A stretch of DNA of 60,237 bases, counting the filler, from Bipalium vagum (lineage: Eukaryota): NCBI GenBank assembly GCA_037834085.1. It is 3 parts of 3 records of this genome, joined end to end, with 100 filler letters (N's around TTAATTAATTAA, not from the genome) between each part and the next. Parts side by side here need not be neighbours in the genome. Positions count along the whole stretch, not along the records: positions 43,002 to 60,237 come from JBBMKC010073635.1; 2 more parts are not named here. One strand, 5' to 3'. This document shows, in pieces, positions 43,002 through 55,600 of the stretch. Numbering within the stretch: the stretch's first letter is position 1; each line of letters opens with the position of its first letter. The translations under genes and the position numbers were made by a program. Below the pieces are notes generated by a model, which saw nothing but the letters and a program-made list of their open reading frames with translations, searched no databases and was not told the DNA's origin.

Positions 43002-43836
43002 CCCACAAATTTTCTAACGGATTCATATCAGGGGACTGTGGTGGCCAATCGAGCAATGGAACCTTTTTTTTATTGAGCCAGGCTATTGTCTGTTTGGCTT
43101 TATGCTTCGGATCGTTGTCCTGCATAAAGAGATAATCGGAACCCATACCCAATTTATCAACGGACGACTGCAAATTCATGTCCACGATGTTTACATAATC
43201 TTTGGCATTCATCCTGCCAACTACTTCGGTCAAATTACCAACTCCGTTAGCTGAAAAACATCCCCAAACCATAACCAGTGGCGAGTGTTTCACAGTCGGT
43301 TTAGTAATGGCCTGACTTAGTGGTTCTCCGCGTCGTTTCCAACATCGTTGACGTCTTTTGTTATCTAAGAGTTGAAATTTGCTCTCATCCGACCACAGAA
43401 TACGATGCCACCACTCTTTAGGTTTGTCAGCATACATTTTAGCAAAATCCAATCGCTTTTTCATATTTTTCTTAGAAATCAGAGGTTTCCGGGTTGCGTA
43501 ACCACCCTTTACGCCGCTTTCGTTGAGTCGTCGTCTTATTGTTGATACACTTGTCTTCGTTTTTAAGTTTTCCTTTATCTCTTTGGACGAAATGAAACGG
43601 TTTTTGAGAGCAGTTCTCTTTATGAGCCTATCATCGGCATCAGTCGTCACACGTTTTCTACCAGACCTCTGTTTGTTGACTACTGAGCCTGTATTTTTCT
43701 GTTTCAGGATAAGTTGTCGGACAGTTTCATGAGCAATTTGAAAATTTTTACCAGTCTTTCGGTAAGATTTAGTTAATTTATAGTCATTGATAGCCGCGAC
43801 CCGTATGTCAGTGGGTATTTCACTTATTTTTGGCAT
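43002..43836 (-). CDS. Tc1-like DD34E transposase, uninterrupted up to the assembly gap
   Basis: Paired-like HTH, SGRKR, WSDESKF, VMVWGCF, QDNDPKH, WPPQSPDMNPLENLW. Confidence 0.95.
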
Positions 43837-44190
43837 ATTCTGATTACAAAAAATGAAAATAAAATCATTATAAATAAAATTTGATTTACATACTTCGAAT
43901 TTTATTAAAGTAATAAAATATAATCACGGAATTCTTATTTAATTAAATTTTTGTTTACTGTCAAAATACTTTTGATTTTGGAAATTAATAATGATTATTT
44001 TTAAAATAGTTGTACGCTTCTATAACAAAGACTTTTGAAATAGTGGATTATTAAAACATAAAATAGACTAATTGCGCTTTATATTTATATAATTATATCT
44101 ATCGTATGTCAAATAATTTTATAGTTATTTAAATTTGAATAATACAAATATCTTATATAATTGCTGTCAAAATAATTATGATTTATAGTG
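43002..44190 (-). mobile_element. Young Tc1-like element with IR/DR-type left end
   Basis: TA|CACTATAAATC terminus at 44190; direct repeats CTGTCAAAATA.TT.TGATTT at about 43958 and 44164, weaker copy at about 44107; 54-nt GT-AG intron 43840-43893 just before the ATG. Confidence 0.88.
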
Positions 44191-46043
44191 TATAAAGCAT
44201 TTCTATTCTTTGTGACACTGTCTGAGATGAAACCCTTGAGTCAATCAGATAACCCATGATGAAGAAAAAATGCTATAGTCACATTTTTTGTCTTTTTGTA
44301 TTCTGATTGTCTGGATATCAAAAATATTACTGCTCTGATTGACAATTATGAATATGTCAACATATATCATCAACAATTTAATAAAATAAAATGAAAATAA
44401 ACAAGTGGAAGGATTACGTGAATTGATTAATAATTCAGTAATGACCATATGGATTTCGATCAAAATGAAGTATTCATATTTACTTTTCAGAGTTAAGTTA
44501 AGTTAAGTTTTTATTTTTAAAAATTTACTATGATTGTGCTTTATTATTTTGTTAAGTTTCTAAAAATTGATAGATAAAAAATATATATTGAGTTAAAAAT
44601 ATCGAAATTGGACTTAGGTAATATAACAAGGTTTATTGTAATCAGGATTTATAGATGTACGTTCAAAGCAAAATGTAAAATGTAAACAGTAACAATAAAA
44701 ATTCAAATTAATAACTGAGAGAATGCATATTTTTATAAAATTTTTATTTGAAATTAGAATTTTTACAATTTTTTAATTTTTGGGATTAATCAAAGTTAAA
44801 GTATATCTTTTGACAAACTTAGTTTACCAACTAGCGGCTGTGTAAATTGTAAAAATAAAAGAAACGAAACGAAAAACCATTAAAAATTACTTGATCCTCG
44901 AAAACTGGTTAGAGAAATTTTTTAAAAGAATATTTTTATAATAACAACCCAATCGATAAGGATTGCTTGATTGTTTATGTTTTTATTTAAACTTCTGTTA
45001 CGATGAAAATTGTCGTAGAATTTTTTTATTATATATTTTGTGTAATTAAAAATTTTTTTTCTGTTTATCTGATTTTTGTCTGAAGTTACAAAGTGTTACT
45101 TTTAGTGACTGATAAATATACTTGTATAACTTGTTATTTGAATGCTGCAGAGCTTGCATTTATATTTCCAAAAAGTGTGTAAGTCTTTCTGTTCTNNNNN
45201 NNNNNNNNNNNNNNNNNNNNNNNNNNNNNNNNNNNNNNNNNNNNNNNNNNNNNNNNNNNNNNNNNNNNNNNNNNNNNNNNNNNNNNNNNNNNNNNNNNNN
45301 NNNNNNNNNNNNNNNNNNNNNNNNNNNNNNNNNNNNNNNNNNGAATTATATATTTACACAAATTTCTATTTTTAGTAAATTTTGATTTCTATATTTAAAA
45401 ATTTTGATATTATGTTGATAATTAAATTAATAATAATAAAATTAATATTATAATAAATATATTAATTAAAAAAAATATCTTTAATTTAAAATATAATTAA
45501 TTTGAAAATACCATGAAAATAATTACACAAGTTTCAAAAACAAGGATCACAAAAAATAATTGTTAAAAAGTGTTCATTTTGGGATACTCCACAATTTTTT
45601 TATTTTAATAAATTTGTTAAATATATACTAGTAGGAATTTATGCTTTGAATTTTTATCCTCCCCCTCAATAGTGGTTGGTGTTAATGATGAAAGTAAAAT
45701 AATCAGTTCAACAATAAGACTTTATTGGCAATACAACAATTTTTAACACAAATAATAAATGTTCCAATAACAAGCAATTTCTTTCATTTGAAAAGAATGG
45801 ATCAGCTATGATCAAACAATAAAATATAAACAGAAAACGCATTTTAAAATATGAATATTACCAATTAGCAATGAAAAGTGAATCGATTTATGAATAACAA
45901 AATGAGGGATCCTTACCCGTACGTGAGAATTCAATCAACCCTTGAATTATCAGTTCGACGCATCTAAAGACGACCGAACTCCACAGGGCCAGTTGACTGT
46001 CATTTAATAACATAGGCAACAAACATACGTATCTTTTAAATAC

Positions 46044-46103
46044 TCTTGCAATAAATATCTTCAAATATTCTTGCAATAAATATCTTCAAATATTCTTGCA
46101 ATA
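46044..46103 (+). repeat. Short tandem duplication (about 25-bp unit, about 2.4 copies)
   Basis: TCTTGCAATAAATATCTTCAAATAT repeated. Confidence 0.85.
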
Positions 46104-49100
46104 ACAAAACAATCGTAACGAATTTCTGGGTAAATTCTACTGATTTTACTTCCTTTAAATACAATATTGCCTAGTGCCCATTATACGAGCGATGAATTAA
46201 ATTGGAAGCTTTCCCAAAAATATACATGAATTTCCCCGACAGTACCTTTCCAAATATAGCCACCACTCAGGAAATTCAGTTCGTCAATAAACTCTTCAAA
46301 TTCAAGAAATTCAAATTATTTAATTATTATTATTTTATTAAAAACTTCAACTACTTATAACATTTAAATATATTTAAAATATAATTTTAAAAATATAAAT
46401 TATTAATTTTTTTATTAAAAGAAAGAAAGAATTAAATTAAAACTATTTTAATCTATACAAATTTATTTAATATTTGCCCTTTTCACTTAATTCCATTTTA
46501 CAAAAATATTTTTGTTTTCATATTAATTTAAATTTAATTCTAAAATTATTACTGTTTATTCATTAGAAATTCTTTCATTTATTTCCTACTACTTTTTTTC
46601 TAATTTTGATCCGTTTTATCTGATTCTAAATTTTATCAATTTTAGTTGTGTTCGCCACGTGGAAAACAATGAATATGAAACTAAAAGTGTTGTTTTACTT
46701 ATTTCCAGTTAAGGCTGTTTGAGTCTATTATATTGGAGTTAATATAGCATTGTAATTCGTCAACTCTTTGACTCTGGCAGCCGTTTATGCACTCAAAGCA
46801 TTTTGAAGCGACTATTAAATATTTTTCCTTTTCCGGAGATCAGGGAAATTTATTCTCATTTCTCCCTCTCCGTAGACATAATAGAAATTAATTAAGCCTT
46901 TTGTTTGCAAAAAATAAAATTAATTTCCTTTCTTTTATCTCATGTTAAATAGAAAATAATTTCGTCCCTAATCCTGAGTTTTTAAAGAAAAATGAGAAAA
47001 TTGCAAAAAATATTCTTTGATTCGAAAACTGCAAGCTAGACTTTTTTACTTTAATATATAAAATGAATAGTTAACGAAAAGGTGATATTTTAGCAAAAAT
47101 ACATCATACATTTCTTACGGTAAACTCCAAACCGAATTGTTTGTGTTTTGAAGCAAAACGTCCAACAAAGTTTTTTTTAAAGAAGTTTGGAAAATCAATG
47201 GGAAAATAATTTTCGTTAACTATTGGAGAGAAATATAGGTGAAACAGCTTTATATATAAAAGCAAAGTAAAAGATAACAGATTTCTGCCTAATTTCGAAA
47301 AATTAATCATTTTGTAAATGTTTTGGGTATATTGGAATCAAAAAGAGTGATGTCTTTAAGGACTAAACCAAAATCAATTTAATTCATTTGACAAAAACAA
47401 CCGTGCTTATCTTTTAAACATTTAGCATAATGATTGACTTTTCAAATTAAAATATTTTGACTTTAAATAGTAATTAATTATTAGATTAATATTAAAAATA
47501 ATAAGTATTTATTAAGCAACAATATAATATTTTATTATCAGGAGCAAAATTGATTCCTTTTGCATGTCCTATATTATTAAAAAAATAACTTTTCACAAGA
47601 TCCCTGCAATATTTTCTTTGCTATTGCAGGAATCTTCAACAAACTGCAATTTTGAAAGATCTTTTGAACCTGTGTCAATTGTGTACTTCTGCAACCTTAG
47701 CCTGAATAATACGTTTTGTCAAAACTGCATAGTTTAACGAAATATCTCGTAAGCTCTTGGCAGATGAATGATTCGCTATGTTCTCCTTTACTCTCTTTGC
47801 AATGATACCACCATTTTCAAATTTCTGAATATTTTTTTTTGATTGCCAACATTTTGCAGTCAAAATGACATTTAAGTTATATGAATAAGTCGTGAGTAGA
47901 AAAATTACAAGCCTTTCCAAAGGATATCAATAGTAAAAATTTTTGCCTAAGTATGTTCAGTTATTTTATGTTGTCAGCAATGATTTGACACATTACAGAA
48001 GTGTTTGAAGACGAATTGATTGATTGGCAATCTATTAAAAAATAATTTTTGTGGATTTGTTATCACTCCAATCAATGTGTTAACAAACTTTGATCCATTT
48101 ATTTGTTTAATCAATGATTAGAAAGGTCCATCAATGTATTCAATATCTTTATCAATAATTCCAGCTGCAATTATTTGGACATGAGGTCTTGCATTAATTT
48201 CTTTTGGTAAAGGTTAATTAATCTCCTTGATTAAGTCAATGAGACTTAGAATTCAATTTATGAAGAGAATTGTTTGCTTCAAGAAAGGCTTTAATTACCT
48301 TGTAGCTTGATGAATTTGCTCCAGTTATAAGTAGCTCATTGGTTTTTATTTTATTTGGCTCGGTGATTGCCACAAACCTTTGATGTTTTTTGAGCTTCTA
48401 TGGGATTCCATTCCATTCTATTATTTTCTCACAAGGCTCAATTGTTGCAAAAAAGTTGACGGTTCACATGAAATTCGATAGGCTCTCTATTAGGAATATG
48501 GTTTAGTAATCTTAACTATTTAATCTATAAATACAGATAAATATATTATTAAATAATTATTACATTATTTAAACAAATATGATAAACAAGGATAATTTTA
48601 AAATATTATCTAATAATTGACTTATTAAAAAAACTTTGAATTTGTTAAAAATGTTGAATATTTTGAATACGATTGACTTTTTTGACAAAAATTGCCCTAA
48701 TAATAAAGTAATTCTCTTGTCACCATCTATTTCCTTTTTGTTCAGTCACCTCAAAATGTATTACAAATCATTGGAAAATAAAACTACACCAAGATTGTAT
48801 TCCTTCCTACTATATTATCTATTATTTACATTATCCAACATAAATATAAATCGAATTTCATAAAAATTTGTAAATTATTGACTGATTGCTACCTTTATTT
48901 AAATTAATAAATGAATTAAAAAGAAAATATAAATATAAAATAAAATAATAAATTAAAATATGAAAATAAGATACATTGAAAATATTATTACTCTCAAATT
49001 AATATTGGCTCGAAAGTCAGTGAAGACACCAAAAATTATCTCTTTCCGATCAGTAATTCCTCAGCTACCCGCATTCGAAATATCAAAAAATCCATCTCTA

Positions 49101-50507
49101 AACAAAATACAAATGAGATCAACGATTCTCTTGTTATACATCACTTTCAAAAATCAATCTCCACCACAAACCACATTCGATTAAAACACTCACTTCTAGA
49201 TTCACAGGCAAAATAACACAAAACACACTCCGTACAGACACAAGACTAGTAAAAAACGGAAAACAACCAATAAGACTAATTCTCACTACAATATTTAAAT
49301 TGTTTATTTTTATAGAATTAGACTTAGTATCAAACAATTTACTTAATAATTATTGTCTTTAAATAAATCATAATGAGATACCATTTTTTAAAAAAGTAAA
49401 GAATTTAAAAAATAAATTTGCAAAATCTGTATAAAACGAAAATACCGGAAATAGGAACATAGCATTACTTTCGTTTAGGCTTATTTTTGGAATATTATTT
49501 TAGTTTATTAAGTTTTTTGCTTTGTGATTGGCCCACGACCACAAATCTCTACTTTTTGAAGGCTATTTCCTCTAATAGTCCATAATAACAATAATTGAAA
49601 TGGTATGAAAAAATATATTTGTTTTATAACAATTACATTTTTCCATGTTTTTAAAGATAAATCAACAAGAAATCAGTGTAATTATTAATTATTCATGGTG
49701 AAATAAAATTCATCTGTCTGATAATAATTGTCTTTCAAGAAAATTTGGAATCGTTGTTTTCATCATTTGATATTTTCGTTGGTCTGTCATCTTTTTCTTC
49801 TATTCTACCTACTTAACTGCTTTATATGAAGCTGAATATTTTCGCCTCTTCTTCATTTAAAAGATTTTCCATTTCAGCAATTATATTTTTGAATTTCATT
49901 AATAGAAAAAGTGTTTTGAATATCCATTGTAATTATATTATTAAAAATGGTTTCCATATATTCCGTCGAAAATAAAGAATAAGTTATTCTCTAATTTGGA
50001 CAATATTTATTTTTATATTTTCCAAAGTGTTTGACAACATTTCTATTAATTTTCTTTCCTTTAATGACATCTTAAATATATAAAAATTTTAAATTTTCAG
50101 TAAAATTTAAAAGCTTACTCTAGTAGAATAAAAAAAATTTTAGTAAAAATGTAATCAATAAAATTGGGATTTTCTTTTATATGAAAATTAAACAATATTC
50201 TAGAAATAGTTTATCCAGTTAGGAATTAATTTTCAGAAATATATTTGGAAAAGTTTCGTAACATATTTTGGAAAATGTTGTCCCCAAAAATTTAATATCT
50301 AATAGGAATAGAATTAAAATTTGCAAGGTTAATTATAAAAAATAATTAGGAACTTAAGAAAAGTTAAGAAAATAATAATATTTTTACAATAAAATAACCA
50401 TCAAGCTTTCAAATGAAATGCTGAAAAAATGTTTGAAAATATTTTCATGTTTAATTTTCCAGCATCTCTCTGACTATAATTATCAACGATGTTCTGAATT
50501 TAAACAG

Positions 50508-50581
50508 GCCTCTGTGGTGCAATTGACTAGTGCATTCAGCTGTTAACCGAAAGGTTGGTGGTTCCAGCTTACCCTCGGGCG
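50508..50581 (+). pseudogene. trnN-GTT: tRNA-Asn(GTT) pseudogene
   Basis: 74-nt match to metazoan tRNA-Asn (CTGTTAACCGAAAGGTTGGTGGTTC); two acceptor-stem mismatches, A-C mismatch in the anticodon stem, B box TTCCA instead of TTCGA. Confidence 0.85.
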
Positions 50582-50756
50582 ATATATTTTCCATCTTTAC
50601 GTGGAAAATAATATTAAAACAAATCTTATTGTTAGAACAAAACTTTTTTTCGTCTTCAGTCCATAACTATATATATAAAAAATTATAAATAAAGATATTT
50701 TTATATCTTCTCAATAACTCACAACTTTAAATTAAAATACAAGTTTAATTAAATTA

Positions 50757-51310
50757 AAATACTCTTATTAACGAACCACTGCTTAATAACGAACGAATTT
50801 TAATACTGAAATCTAGCCAATTGAGAAATTTCCTTTAATTAACGAACCCTGTTTAATATAACGAACAGAAAAAATTTCTTGTTATTTTCTTATAGAAACT
50901 TTAAATGAGTGATTAGTGTGTGTATAATGAGTGTTTATGAGTAAATATTTGTTGAAATATTCAAATTTCTAAAAAAATTATCAGTTTTAAAAGTAATTAA
51001 TTTAAATTTTAGAAAATAATGAATAATAACAATGCTTTATAAAGAAGAATGTTCTATAGAAGACAAGATGAAAGTTATTGAATTTAAAAACGATGCATTC
51101 ATTGGATCAAGGAATTATTCATTCCTTTAAATCTAGTTATAATAAATTCTTGAACAGAAAAATATTTTTCCAAGCCAAAGATTTAAATGTGAATTATAAC
51201 GATATCCTTAAAAAGATAAAATTTGATGACGCTGTATTTTTGATGGTTAAAGCTTGGAAAAGTGTGAGTAGGGAATGTATATAAAATATTTGTTTAAAAA
51301 ATTGAATCTA
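50757..51310 (+). mobile_element. Deleted pogo/Tigger-type element
   Basis: Subterminal TAACGAAC repeats; HSLDQGIIHSFKSSY...KAWKSVSRECI (DDE_1 C-terminal motif). Confidence 0.8.
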
Positions 51311-51399
51311 TAAAAATTATTAAATATAATATAAAAACAACTAATTACTTGAATGAGAATTCTAGAGTTAATTAATATTTATAGTTTATATAAGTATAT

Positions 51400-51900
51400 A
51401 TCATTATATAAACAATACCTAATACAATGAGTTTTACTGTTGCCAAAACTTTTGCTCATTTGTATATTAATCATTAAACAATCTTTGTCGGTGCTAGAAC
51501 CCCAGCACATTTGTTTAATATATAGAAGTTGTCTGGTACCATATTCCTTAAAGGAAAGGTTATATGTATCTTATTATTTTTTAAATAGATAGACATTTCT
51601 TTAAAAAGGAAACTACATTTGAAAAATTTTGTGTTTGGGCAATTTCTTCGGATGTTGCATATTCTTCCGCATTCATAGCATATTCGTTCTTTTCTTTCTG
51701 GGCATAATCTAGCTATGTGCCCAGGCCCCTTGCATGCATAGCAAATTATTGGTCTTCTAACTATTCAATTCGATTCATTTTTTTCACCTTGATCTTGTGT
51801 TTGCCATTATTACTGTTAACTTTACTATTTTTGATCACCTGTGATTAGTGTATTATTGGAACTGATTTGGCTTGACAATTGATCTATTACTAAACAACAA
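51400..51900 (-). mobile_element. LTR retrotransposon gag fragment
   Basis: CCHC zinc knuckle CYACKGPGHIARLC at about 51700-51745. Confidence 0.6.
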
Positions 51901-52288
51901 AGGTTATTGTATTTTTTTTGGAGGTAGTACATAAGTGAGAGGTCAGTAAAAATCATAGGTACATAGTTTATTGGAATAAGCATTAAAATTTTATTAATGT
52001 TGATGATAAAAGTATTGTGATTTTTTAACAGAAAATATAATTGTCATTGAAAAAATTCAAAATAGGCGAGATAAAATCTGATGAAGTTGTTTCGAAAGAT
52101 AATAAAGCCATCTTGATTCCAATTATGTCATAACTTAGAATGATTTTGTTAAAAAAAATAAATTCATATTTACTCAGCTAAATAATAAAACCGTATTTGA
52201 TACAATTTCCCTTCAAAGAAATACTAGACAAAGACATCGTACAATTTCCATGAAGTTTAGAAAATTTTGTTGTCAATAAATCGTAATA

Positions 52289-52373
52289 CGGTAGACTTCG
52301 CTTAATACGATATTGCCGGTACAGCGAAAAATTATCGTAATAACCGATATAACGTATTACAAGAAGTCTACTT
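52289..52373. mobile_element. Tiny Tigger/pogo-like MITE
   Basis: CGGTAGACTTCGCTTAATACG ... CGTATTACAAGAAGTCTACT. Confidence 0.55.
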
Positions 52374-53399
52374 AATATGATTGTGCAATAATTTTTTGTA
52401 ATATTAATTAAAAAAAGAATATTGATTCTGAAATACTAATAATTAAACATAAATATCATTTAATTTGTTTTAAAGAAGTCGGGTATGGATAACTGCTTAT
52501 AAAATTGTGGTTTATTTATGATGCCATCTTCAATTACAAAGTTAATTCGATTCCAGTACTAAAACTTTTTTCCTGGAGGTATTCGGGAATTTAAATAACA
52601 GATGATACCAGTTAAATTATTAGTTTCTGTAAAGGAATCACCTTCGCGTCACAGATATCCGTGTCTGTTAGTATCGGGGTTGTAGGTTCTTTATCGCATT
52701 CACAAAAAAATCAAAATCTTTTCTTCATAATCTTATCAATATTATTTTGATCATTTAATATAATGTTTTCATCAATTAATGTCTAAATAATTTTCAGATA
52801 TTTTTGGATTAAAGTGACAGTGTTGAAAACATTTTGCTGTTAAACCTGTCCTAACTAAAGACCATGCATGTTTCAAAAGGTGAAGTGTCAGTAAGACATC
52901 AATGGTTTTGGAAAATTCTAAAACTATCGATTTATTATTAACCAAAAATCATATTAAGCGAAATAAAATATTTTGCGATAATGCTTTTATTATTCCTTGG
53001 TCACACGACTGGAGATTTGCAACTGTGTTAACTGGCTAAAACTAAATTTTAACGTTAGACATTTCTGAACAACCTAAACGACTAGTTACGTTATCAACAA
53101 ATAAAATAAATTTCTTTTTCATTGAATATAAGACGATTAAACTTTTTTCTAAAATATAGACCGCGTCATCCATGCTTTATTGTTAGAATAATAGATGATT
53201 TTATTTTTTTATGATTTTATCTTTTCTAACTGTAGTAATACTTTTATCCGAGCAATCTGTATTCATTAAAATCTAATTAAGTAACTAAATAAAACTAAGT
53301 GGTGGTAATGTAAAAATCAGTTGCAGAAACTTCCTTTTTTCTGATTTTGCTCAGAACGGCGCTAATGGCTCCAAAACTAGCGTCCGTGTCTAGAATAAA

Positions 53400-54900
53400 A
53401 GTACGATTCCCCGAGGAAAATTCAATATAGATGCTGTGCATGTTTTTTAGTCCCTGAAAATAATGCTGGTATTGTTGTGTTCACTGTATTTGCTTCTATA
53501 TATCCGCTTATTGTGATGCTGATAACACTGCGTATTTGTCAATGAAACGCCTGTAGTAATTCTTTAGTCCTAGAAAAGCTCCCAGGTGGGACGTACATCC
53601 AGGAGGCTTACCATTTAGAACTTTCTCCGCATTCTTTTGGTTGGTCCTAATCCTGCTTGCACTTACAGTCTGTTCCAAGAAGACGAGTTCTTTCTAATCG
53701 AATCTGTACTTTGTTGCATTTATTTTTAAAGCGGCATCCTCCTCCTATAGTTATCTTCGTACGAACCATAAATTAATGTCATCGATTTATACCAAAATCC
53801 CATTGAATAGAAGCCATCAAGGAGTTCATGCGTCAGGTTCTGAAAAGTTTCTGAGGCCGTTGCCAGCAGTTGAAATGGTATGCGGTTGAAACAGAACTGG
53901 TCTTGTCTAGTGCTGAACACAGTAATCAATCTTGATTTTTTTTAGAGATCCACATGATAGAAAGCTTGACCTAAATCCATTAAAGAAAAACATTTTCAAT
54001 CCAGTAACGTCTGCGGGTTTGGCATTGGGAACGTGTTTTCGGATATAACGATCACACGTCGGAAGTCAACACACATCCAAATTGATTCATCTGTTTTAAC
54101 AACCACTACAATTGTGAATTACAGGGCTTTTACATTTAGATACCACTCCAGCGCAACCAAATTCAAAACCATATCGTCAATTTTGTCTTCTAAATGCATT
54201 TGTTGTCTTCTTTGTTGTTGCACAATCGATTTATCTGTTACGTTGATCTCAAATTGGATCAGATCTGTAAAAACTATTAGAGGTCGAAGATCTTCCCGTA
54301 TTTGTGCAACATATTACAAAACCACACACTGTGTAAATTTTCAAACAGTTACATTACATAATTAGTTCTGTCTGTATATGAAATTTTCATACCAAAATCA
54401 ATCTCATCAATATTGTTCAGTTCACGTAGATCTATCCAAAATTTCTATATATCTGCTCCTCCACGCTCCTGAGTTTCACAGTATCTACAGCTTCACTCCA
54501 CCTATCGTCATCCAACTCCATTATCTACCGTCATCTGTCCTGAAAATTTCAGCATCCTTCACATCAGTCATATCTATTGCATTCTGATTTTTTGAGGAGC
54601 TCGATGACTCGATCTATCCACGAAATGAAAGCAATGGAGTCAGTCTATTTTTTTCATCAAGGTTCTCATAACGACTTTCATGTTGGTTAGTATCATCTGT
54701 TTCCTCGTGTATGCACATCACCGAACTGCACTGGGACTTTAAAGTAGTTTCCAATAAATGACAAGAACGGAATAAATGACTTTGTTGACCACAAATAAGA
54801 CATCTATTTTTCAGCGGTCCGCGTATTCTCAGATGGTCGTTACATCTTCTTTGACTAATATTTCAGATACAACACTATTTGACATATAAAGATTATATTT
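53400..54900 (-). mobile_element. Decayed Gypsy/Ty3 gag-pol
   Basis: Knuckle CLICGQQSHLFRSC (about 54760-54802); RT motifs MCVDFRRV, FPMPNP, DLGQAFYH, FNRIPF, V*IDDI. Confidence 0.88.
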
Positions 54901-54987
54901 TGTCATCAAAAACCTTCATTCAAACAAATCTCAAATTATGTACCTCTTACATATTGAAATTTTAAAAAATTAAAAATTATTTTGTTT

Positions 54988-55600
54988 TTTAGGGTGGTGG
55001 GAAAGTCTGTAGACTAATTTAAGGAAAATCCAAAAACTTCTTAAAATACACATATAATGTATATAAAACAAAATTTTATTCTTTAATATACTCCATTGTG
55101 ACCAATTGTCTTCTGCTATATTTCTGCAAGCTGATTGATTCCTGTGGCATATCATGCTTTGAAAGTGAAAAATTTTCAACAGACATTTTTGACCTCGTCA
55201 ACTGAAACAAAGAAGGTCCCCGAAGGAAATGTGCTATCGACCTGAGAAGTGGTAATCGGAAGGTGCTAGATCTGGCCTGTAGACTGGAGGAGAGAGAGGA
55301 TAAAATGCAGCTCTTCATTTTTGGCGTGTTATTTTTGAAGTATGCGCTTTGGCATTATCATTTTGAGGAATAATATGTTTACAATTGAGTAAGAAAGCAT
55401 ACCGGAACCTCAAAGCTTTAGGTACATGTTCTAATTGCATTAAATAGAGTTCGGCATTGACGGGTTTGTCACTTTAAAGACGCTCAAAATGCACTATTCC
55501 CTCGTAAATCCACCAAACTCAGAGAATTTTTTTCAAAGCGTTCTATTTTTGATACTGCGAGAGCTTATTGGTTTGAATCGAGCCACTGATTTTGCCTATT
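54988..55600 (-). mobile_element. 3' half of a mariner element
   Basis: QWLD..., VWWIYEGIVHFE, QNDNAKAH, YRPDLAPSDYHF; TIR TTAGGGTGGTGGGAAAGTC at about 54989. Confidence 0.9.

Noticed and set aside
40005-45385. ORFs spanning N gaps at about 40.0-40.5 kb and 45.1-45.4 kb
   Set aside because: Open only because of Ns
54033-54587. Plus-strand ORFs of 110 and 69 aa
   Set aside because: Antisense shadows of the Gypsy gag-pol
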